A stretch of DNA of 64,000 bases from Macrostomum lignano (Eukaryota). How positions within the stretch are numbered: position 1 is the stretch's first letter; every line of letters begins with the position of its first letter. Positions 55,302 to 64,000 of this stretch are shown here, in pieces. Both the position numbers and the translations under genes were made by a program. Below the pieces are notes generated by a model, which saw only the letters and a list, made by a program, of their open reading frames with translations, did no database searches and was not told where the DNA came from. The stretch spans positions 1 through 64,000 of the forward strand of contig NIVC01003360.1 of NCBI GenBank assembly GCA_002269645.1. Reading direction: 5' to 3'.

Positions 55302-58025
55302 TCGGAATATAGAACAGCTCTTCAGCTCTTCAGCTCTTCGGCATAAAGAACGGCTCAAGAACTGACTCTTGTCTTACTACATTTTCTCAGCTAAAAAGCA
55401 GTTGTGTACGAGCGTAAGTACGAGTACGCTCGTATATTCTGCTGATCAACACAAGAAATTTCGATCTACACATCTAGATCTACATCGATTGTTTTTAATA
55501 AATGTAATATTAATGAATCTAGACACTTAATTAATATGCTTTTCTATATATTGTATTTATTTTCACAAAAAACTGCCTGGCAAATACCGGTAAATTTACT
55601 GCAAATACATTTTAGTTGTATTTGAGCTTCGGCCATAATTTATGCTGCTTTCTTTAATAGTTTGCACTTTTTATATAATTTCTACTTATTAAACAATTTT
55701 CCATTATAACATCTACGCGCACAACCTTATATCCGGCTCATATCCAGCTTTTGCTTTTCGATTTTTTATAAATAATTCTAGTATGTGCAGTGCAAGTATT
55801 ATATATTTTGAATTATGCAATTCAAATGCACGAGTTTATTACAATGTTATAGTTAATGGAGTTTTTTCATTTCAGTGGATAAACATACTAACTATAACTA
55901 TTTCAGTTTAACGAATGCGGTTTAATATGATGTGATTTATATGTAACACAGCTTTCAGGTCAGAGAGGTACTATAGCTGTATCAATATGCTCGACTGCCA
56001 ACCGTTGCACGTGCGAATGTGATTTTACCTTAACCATTATGAATACTTAGATTGTTAGGATCGGATCGTGGACCATGCAAGAACGCAGCCTAGACCAGGG
56101 ATTGTGTACCTACATTTATAACTTCTTCGTACTAACTATATGCATGCAGCCTGGTGTCGGGACAACGCACTCCGCAGTCATATATCTCGGTCAAACTGTA
56201 CTTCTGTACTGCCAATGCACGCACAAGTCTGGCTGCGTATTCGGGGTAAAAAATCACGAATTTTGCGAATCCCAGTATGGGATAAAAATTTTAAATCTTT
56301 CTAACAGGATATGCACCTGTTTTAATTCTGTACGTCATGCACTAGCGTTGCAAATTTGGTTCACGGGGGGATTGCTAAGATATCAAAGGCTCATGTGAGG
56401 GGGGGGGGCGTTACTCAGATGTTAAGGGTCAATTGAGAGTTTTTGGTACAGGCCCACGCATCAAAGGGAGAGTTAGGGTTGAGATGCTGCAGATTACTTA
56501 TGCTAGAATATATCTGGCTTTTAGGGCTGTATGCTGCTTTATTTTAGCTTTAAACATCATTTTCTTCAAGAAACTAACAATAGTAACTGTGCAGATCCAA
56601 GGACAACTGAAGTTACGTTATATATAGGACGCGACACTCAGCTTTCGTGGAAATTTTTTTGGAGGCCCGTAAGCCGTATAAAGTTCTACGTACATAAGCC
56701 TAGGATTCTACCGCTACAAATAGAGCACAGTACTGTGTGTGTTGTAATAAACCATTCAGGTTTTCATTTCTTACTAAACTTGATAAGCTGACTTCACCTA
56801 CTAAGTAAAATAATTATATCACGTTCCTTTAATGGCCAATGACAATATGCTTTTTTAATCCTTTTTTGCTGATAATCATGGTTTCTTTATATCCCAATTG
56901 TCAACAAGAGACCATGTTTACAACAAAGCAAAATTTTTATACTTATTATATTTATTACTTTTTATTTTGCACTTGCTAAATGAGATTATTAGTTTACAAA
57001 CTAAAACCTCGTTTTCGCTTTTGACTGGGAATTGTGACTGACTGACAAATTTCTAAAGAAAATTTGGCGTATTTTTAAATTGCACAAATTTGGTTGTTTT
57101 CACTGTACTTAACTGTACGCTGCTTATACATGTAGTCTACTATTTTTTTACTTACATTTTAGCGAAGAACAAAATTCTGGACCTAACATCGAAAGAATTA
57201 GCTTTCTACCTGCAACTAGTCGAGAATTACATATATGTGAAGACCAGGCCTCCAATAAAACTTACACGATACGCGAGTGTTGCGTCCTACTACTTCAGTT
57301 GTCCTTGTGCAGATCAGGTCAAAACAGCGCGCGCTACTACATTTGTAGACAGGCCTTATTCAAAAAATGATTCCTTTCTCAGTTGCTTCACCGTTGGGAG
57401 TGGATTGCTGGTCAAGTTCTCAAAGTGGATAAAAAGAACTGCCGGTCAGATGGGTTCCGAATCTCAAATACTGGGATTGAGAGACATCCCTGAACTGAGA
57501 CTGAAGCGTGTTGGGGTTGTGTTCGGCCAATGCTGGGGAGCAGTTGGGAATGAATTGCTCAAAAAGCAGCCCCCCCCACGCCACCGAGGCATGACAGGAC
57601 AGTAGTGCAAGCAACTCAAACACACAGACAAATTTTATTATTCATTTGTAGCCAGGACTTTAAATGCAAAATTAATCCAGAACCGATCATGTGATCCATC
57701 AACAAGGGAGTTAATATTCTTCAGTGCAACTTACTGTTTCAATTAAAGCTATGAAACTTCTGAAACTTTTCTCGGATTAAAGGCAAATGTTTTTTACAAC
57801 TTGCATGCCTTATAGCGCATGTATCAGATAGACTGGATTTGTACACTCGAAAAGTACAGCTGCAAAGATTACTAGAAACAAATGGACTGGATGTAACTCG
57901 ATTTGATTCTGGGAAAATATGCTGACTTTTGTACATGTACTCATGCAGAGGAAAAGTTCTCAATACGAAATCATGACGTTGCATTGTACACAGATACACA
58001 TCGTACGCAATAAATAATTTTTGGG

Positions 58026-58590
58026 ACCAAGGGGCGCCAGCACCAAGGGGCGCCAGTACCAAGGGGCGCCAGCACCAAGGGGCGCCAGCACCAAGGGGCG
58101 CCAGCACCAAGGGGCGCCAGCACCAAGGGGCGCCAGCACCAAGGGGCGCCAGCACCAAGGGGCGCCAGCACCAAGGGGCGCCAGCACCAAGGGGCGCCAG
58201 CACCAAGGGGCGCCAGCACCAAGGGGCGCCAGCACCAAGGGGCGCCAGCACCAAGGGGCGCCAGCACCAAGGGCGCCAGCACCAAGGGGCGCCAGCACCA
58301 AGGGGCGCCAGCACCAAGGGGCGCCAGCACCAAGGGGCGCCAGCACCAAGGGGCGCCAGCACCAAGGGGCGCCAGCACCAAGGGGCGCCAGCACCAAGGG
58401 GCGCCAGCACCAAGGGGCGCCAGCACCAAGGGGCGCCAGCACCAAGGGGCGCCAGCACCAAGGGGCGCCAGCACCAAGGGGCGCCAGCACCAAGGGGCGC
58501 CAGCACCAAGTGGCGCCAGCACCAAGTGGCGCCAGCACCAAGTGGCGCCAGCACCAAGTGGCGCCAGCACCAAGGGGCGCCAGCAAGGGG
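58026..58590 (+). repeat. 16-bp GC-rich minisatellite AAGGGGCGCCAGCACC
   Basis: About 35 tandem units; source of the PLVLAPLGAGAPWCWR ORFs. Confidence 0.95.
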
Positions 58591-59149
58591 CACCTTCGGC
58601 TACATATGTACCAGTATTCATGTAAAATAATCCTTCAAATGCGGCTCTTATCTATATTAACTGCACGCATGGAGATAAAAATCTGAAATACCCCCAGACC
58701 GCGCAGCAAACTAAAATGCATATATAAAAACCGCAGCAATTTATAGAGATGTACTTTTCCATTGCAAGACTTTACGGGAAATGTAATTTATGGGACGTGC
58801 ACAGATGCAAGCTAGCTATAGTCTTCTGTATCCACTGACTTTATTTGCCATTTTAAATGTTGATATGCTGTACGGCCCCATAGTACATGTAGGTTAGGAT
58901 CTTATGCAGTCATTTTGTATCGACAACATAGTCGGGGATAAAAGCATAAAATCTGACAGCGTTTAGTTTGACAGGATGTTTTAATTGCTATTTTAATTTA
59001 GTAAATAAAGATCTTAGAGATTTAGAATTTTGTGATGTGAAAACGAGTGATCTTTGCTTATTGTTTACCGATAGTACCATATGAATAAGCTTATTGTTAC
59101 TATATTCGACTAGAAGCATTGTTTAACGTTAAAGCGTTGTTTATTACTC

Positions 59150-59402
59150 TTACATTGTTGGCGCATCTGAAAGCTGTGTAGTGTGTACGGCTGTTCAGTC
59201 CAAGGACTGGGGGGGGGGGTTGCCACACACCCTCAATTACCCCAGCTGGCACCCATTTTACAGCTTGCGTGAACTGAAGCAATAAAGAGTTATTAAGTGT
59301 TTTGCTCAAGGACAAAAATTGTTCCAGTAGGATCCGGAATCGAACCCCCGACCTTTAAGTTGTGAGTCCTACGTACGCTCTAACCAGTAGGCTAAAACGC
59401 CC
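59150..59402 (-). mobile_element. tRNA-derived SINE, same family as 50435-50770
   Basis: Reverse complement reads TAGCCTACTGGTTAGAGCG...GGTTCGATTCC...GTCCTTGAGCAAAACACTTAA...AGCTGTAAAATGGGTGCCAG. Confidence 0.7.
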
Positions 59403-59831
59403 TACTACAAATTATAAAGATATCAATTACACTTGTAGGGGGCTATAGCAATGAATCAGTGTGCGTGTGCAGTGCAGTGCACACACTACACTGTATTTTG
59501 ATACATCAATAACGTTTAAACTACAGAAAACAAACCGCATGCAGCCTAGCTAGCCCGGCCCCGTCGTGTGCTTGTCTCATGCCAAAATCAGCAAAGATTG
59601 CAACAGAATTTATTTCCCACAAAAAAGTTGTACCGAATAAGGAAGCATACGAACGCATGCTGTAGCCAATCTATGTAGTAAATGGAAATATTCAAACGAC
59701 TAATATTACTTGAATTCTTGCTTGTCTCGACCATAACAAGCAGCTATACCGGTATACTGTTGCAGTCGCGCAGTGAGATGCCGGTAGCCCTTAGGTAGGT
59801 GGACTTTATGCATGGTGAGGGGACAAAAGAG

Positions 59832-59980
59832 ACGCGGGCAGACACTCATTTGGGCACCGCAGACACTCTCATTTCGGCGCCGCGGGCAGACACTCATTTG
59901 GGCACCGCAGACACTCTCATTTCGGCGCCGCGGGCAGACACTCATTTGGGCACCGCAGACACTCTCATTTCGGCGCCGCA
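59832..59980 (+). repeat. 48-bp tandem repeat, three copies
   Basis: GCGGGCAGACACTCATTTGGGCACCGCAGACACTCTCATTTCGGCGCC x3. Confidence 0.9.
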
Positions 59981-61370
59981 AGCGCTATATTTTGTGGCCC
60001 TGAAGCAAAATTATTGATTCCCACAATGCGTCACAAGGTGGGATGGGGGACAAAGCATTGGGATGCCCCCCCTCTAGCTTTTACAGGGGGACATGCCCCC
60101 CATTTCCCTTGAGTGGCGACGCCCCTGGAGCGAGCTATCAAAGGATTTTTGGGCCTGAAAACGGGAAAAGTTCGGGCCGAGGTAGGTGAGCTTGTACTGA
60201 GTAAAGACGGGGCATTCACAGATGAGATGAGGGTCATTGTCGCTAACCCCGATGTCCCTGGCGGTTGAGTTCAAGCAGAAGCCTGTGGAGGGACAGTCCC
60301 GCGGGGCTGCCACTAGCAGGTTAATTAGATCTTGGTGAGAAATAAATCTATAATTATGCCACATATTTAGTTTTTTTAAAATAAAAATTCATCGCATGAG
60401 CTGTTGCTATAGCTACTAATAAGTAGCGAGTGAGGATTATGCAGGCAAATTTTTTGAGTAGAATTTTTTTCTTATAGTCAGATCGGCTTCCACTGCGCAT
60501 TTACACGCGGTTATCTACACAGATTCTGTATATTAATGGATTGGATGGTTCCTTTTTTCAAACTAATATTGTATACAATATACAATCATATATGATTGAC
60601 AGCTACGTTAAGCTTTGTGTGTTTTGATGAGTACATCAGTCTTGAGTTCAGATCATCGATGATCTCTAGTTGCACTTAGAAAATACATTACATGTATATG
60701 ATGAGATGCACTACTACTACTTAAAACCTCAATAGTAGTATCCAAGTTCAGCCAGTGATCAGCAACTCATTAAGTTTAAAAAATTTATACAGACTCAAGA
60801 CTTTAATATATAGCATATTATTGCACATGCTGCAGTACTAATACTTATAATTGAAATATAGTAAATTTAAATACACGTTAAATACATCTCTTTTAAATTA
60901 TCCGAGCATAACAACCCATTCATGCTCAGCTGCCTTAGATAATGACGCGCGCAAGACTAGGAAGGCACAAGCAGCATATACTGCAGCGCATGTCTCATAG
61001 TTGTCCCAATAAATAGTTCTCAGTAGCTGTGTTGCTATGCCATCAACCTCTTGAGTGTGGGTAATACAGGCACAGTTTTTAAAAAAAAACTTTTAATGAT
61101 GCACTGTATGCAGGGTGCAGTTGAATAGACAGACTGCATGCGGTTAATTGCTATAGCAAAACTATGTGCCAGACACATGCAAGTATAGGGACACAGGAAC
61201 TGACAGTGGCGACTTCAAGGGGGATAGGAGGATAAATAATTGGGTAGAAACTGCCGCCAGCATATTGCCAACCCCAGTCTCGTTAGAGCCAGAAAAGCAG
61301 ATTGCAAAATCCAAAACTGCCTGAGCAAAACTTTCAAATTGGAAACTGGAAACTACTTGTAGCTATCAGG

Positions 61371-62182
61371 ATGAGCTCAAAACTGCTGAAATTCCTGCTC
61401 GTGCAAGCCTTCGCCATCGCTGACTCCGAGGCCGATACAAAGATTGAAGATTTTCGAATGGACTCAAGCGGGAGCAGCTCCTCGCCAGTGAGCTTTGCTT
61501 CCCACAAGACGAGCAGTAGGATTTACTGCTCTGGACTATGCTCAACAAAACCTGGCTGCTTTGGCATCTGCTGGGTCAACTCTGCTAAAGACTGTCGACT
61601 TTTCACGGTGTCCGCCTACTTTAACCGTGACTCGTGGACAATGCTCACGACAGAGCGTTGCGATATTTACGCTTCTATAGTCAGTGAGTGAAGGAGAGTT
61701 CATGCAGATGAATCAGTTTTGAATCAGTAGTCGCCTCGCGGACAGCTCCTTAACCATGCTAATAAATTTTAGATTCAACAATTCAACAGCTTCCATTCAC
61801 CGGATGCAGCCAAAGTGGAAATTCATCTGGAGGAGTTTGCAGCCGGGCTATCGATGGGGACAAGCGTCAAAATTATTTCAAGAGATCTTGCAGCCACACA
61901 GACCTTACAGTTCCGATTTGGTGGGAGGGCCAGCTGCCTCAGCAGTCCATGGTCGCATCCGTCACCATCTACAACAGGCAGGACTGCTGCGCAGATCGGC
62001 TGAACAACTTCCAGCTGCTGGTTGACGGAGTTGTGTGCTACGACATGAACATCGCCATCCCATTCTCGGTGACCAACCTCAGCTGCTGGCAACTTGGCAG
62101 TCAAGTTCGAATTCTGAATCGGCAGTTTGCAGCCCTTTGCATCTGTGAAATTGAAGCTTTTGGCTTCTTCTTTTCCGACTGA
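61371..62182 (+). CDS. Secreted PAN/Apple + F-type lectin (fucolectin) protein; exons 61371-61683 and 61773-62182 (240 aa)
   Basis: Signal-peptide-like start; C-x3-C...C...C PAN pattern. Exon 2 reads RAIDGD...SCSHT...WW...VTIYNRQDCCADRLNNF, retaining the F-type lectin H...RxDxxxxR motif. The phase-1 junction is in frame. Confidence 0.8.
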
Positions 62183-63904
62183 TCGAAGCCCTAAGAGACC
62201 AAGTGATCAAATATTGGCACTCTTTAGCGTAGCGAACCTCTCTCTAACATTCCAGTGCAATGTGATGCTAAATGTTTGACAATGTAGAAATTGTGTAGGA
62301 CAATATTATAAGTCCAGGGACGCACAGCTGAAGGAAGGGAGCAACTACATAACAATAAGTAAGCAAGCAATATTCACAAATATTTTTCTATAATAATCAC
62401 TTCCTACTCTATCTCTTCTCTTTTACTCTACTAATAAAATTGAGAACACGATATACATTTATGCTACTAAACTAAGTAGCTTAACTGGACTTTGTTCCTA
62501 CAATCAACAGTTCAAAGCACCCAGGACTAAACCACACGCTAACCTTAATAATCTTACAAAAGTACAAAAGTTTAGACCAACTGTATCTCGAGTTGGCGTG
62601 GCAGGTTTTACCATAGACAAATAGGTACCCTCTTTTTCGTTCCCACTGCTCACTGTTAGTTTGAAATTTAACAGCTACTTGCAAGACTGAATCGAATACA
62701 CGTTGATTTTTGGAACGAAACTTTCTTTAATTCAAAAAGTTGTCAAATAAAAAATGCAAACAAACAAACTATTGTGTAGCGTTCGTAGCCACACATATTT
62801 ATTGAGCCGCTAATTCAACAAAAGCAATCACAAACAAATCAAAGAGATGACAAAAAGGTTTGGAAAAATTAAGCAACAGAAAGTATACAATTGTCTACAT
62901 GTGTGATGTGCATGATAATGAAAATTACTATAAAAGCAATAGAAATAATAAAAGCATAAATATAGTCGCAAGAAAAAGCTAATTAAGCAACTACTGAAGA
63001 AAACAGCAAGCTGGAAGATAAAGAATGCTAAAAAATCAAATTGCACAATTAATTGATATTTAGGTTTAACAATAATAAAAAAATATAAAAACGTCAAATA
63101 TTGCACAATGAAGTCACTGCGTGTTCAACTGCAAGTCGATAAAATGGCTGATAAAAACAAAAGTAATTGCTTAGTCTAAATTCAGTCTAAAATACAAATG
63201 ACAAAAGTGCGTTTCAGAGTCAAGTCTCTCATTTCCTATTCTACCTGTGTCACCTGCAACTATTTCGAAACGACTCAGAGACCGCACAAGTGACCCCAGA
63301 ACACGTCTTTCATTTACGGTTTCCATCGGATCAAGCATCACTGAAATGACAAACCTAAGAAAAGAAAGCTTTAAGAAATGATAAAAGCAGTCGCAAAAAT
63401 GGCACAAAGAAGCGGTTAGCAGTTAATAGGAAAATAAGCGATAGCAACTTTTTAAAAAATGCGAATAAACAAGAGAGTAAACTTTCCTGAAAACAATAGC
63501 AACCAAACTAGATTAAAGCACCAACTTAATTCAGCTGTATTGTTGACGCAAAATTTACAGGAAAAGCAGCTAATGAATATAAAATAATAAATAGATAAGC
63601 AAAATTATATAAATAAAAGCATAGGCTAAATGAGAACAATATATAAATATTATTTTCGATCCAAAAGTTGGTAAAAATAGCAAAATAAAATCGACTGCAG
63701 CATACATGCAGTCAGCTGTTCAACCCAGTTGCGCTCTTGTTACTCGTGCACGCTCAGGTAAGCGCATGGACAAAAATATTTGTGCGGGAGTTAAGCAGAG
63801 CAATGACCTTGTTTAAGGCCATGGACATTGGAGGATCGTTTTCTTGAATGTTTCTTTAGGAACAAAGTTCACCATTTTTAAAGATCTGGGGGTCTGGTTT
63901 AGCA

Positions 63905-64000
63905 ACTGAGGATCTGGGAGGCTGGCCCACCAACTGGGGATCTGGGAGGCTGGCCCACAAACTGGGGATCTGGGAGGCTGGCCCAGAAACTGGGGATCTG
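63905..64000 (+). repeat. 28-bp tandem repeat running off the window end
   Basis: GATCTGGGAGGCTGGCCCACAAACTGGG with period 28. Confidence 0.8.

Noticed and set aside
57739-58686. Collagen-like or PLVLAPLGAG ORFs
   Set aside because: A 16-bp minisatellite translated in multiple frames.

Overview
This is eukaryotic (invertebrate-like metazoan) genomic DNA with three blocks. (1) 1-17,811: the right-hand part of an AT-rich Polinton/Maverick (adintovirus-like) endogenous virus. It holds a frameshifted major capsid 3' end, a frameshifted packaging ATPase, penton, adenain-type protease, a lectin-tipped fibre-like protein and accessory ORFs. It also holds an intact protein-primed PolB with an EndoVII-like zinc domain, a ~3 kb nested minisatellite insertion, protease-processed core/membrane-active proteins, an intron-containing gene and an AGTAGT/ACTACT palindromic terminus. 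The integrase and left end are not in the window. (2) ~18.4-37.8 kb: a foldback block followed by a ~17.7 kb satellite of ~97 near-identical ~183-bp units, plus one diverged monomer. (3) ~38-64 kb: host sequence with intron-containing genes (Bdp1, CZIB/C1orf123, SPATA2-like, PAN + F-type lectin), SINEs, MITEs and many minisatellites. The most striking unexplained signal is a family of GC-rich 30-nt double-hairpin micro-elements (AT-[6-bp stem/3-nt loop][5-bp stem/3-nt loop]-AT), which I found only inside the Polinton. There are at least 11 copies with compensatory stem changes and shuffled arms. They are inserted in frame in viral genes (one is eight residues after the PolB DTDS motif) and sit at gene 3' ends. 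All coordinates and counts were read by eye; no searches were run.
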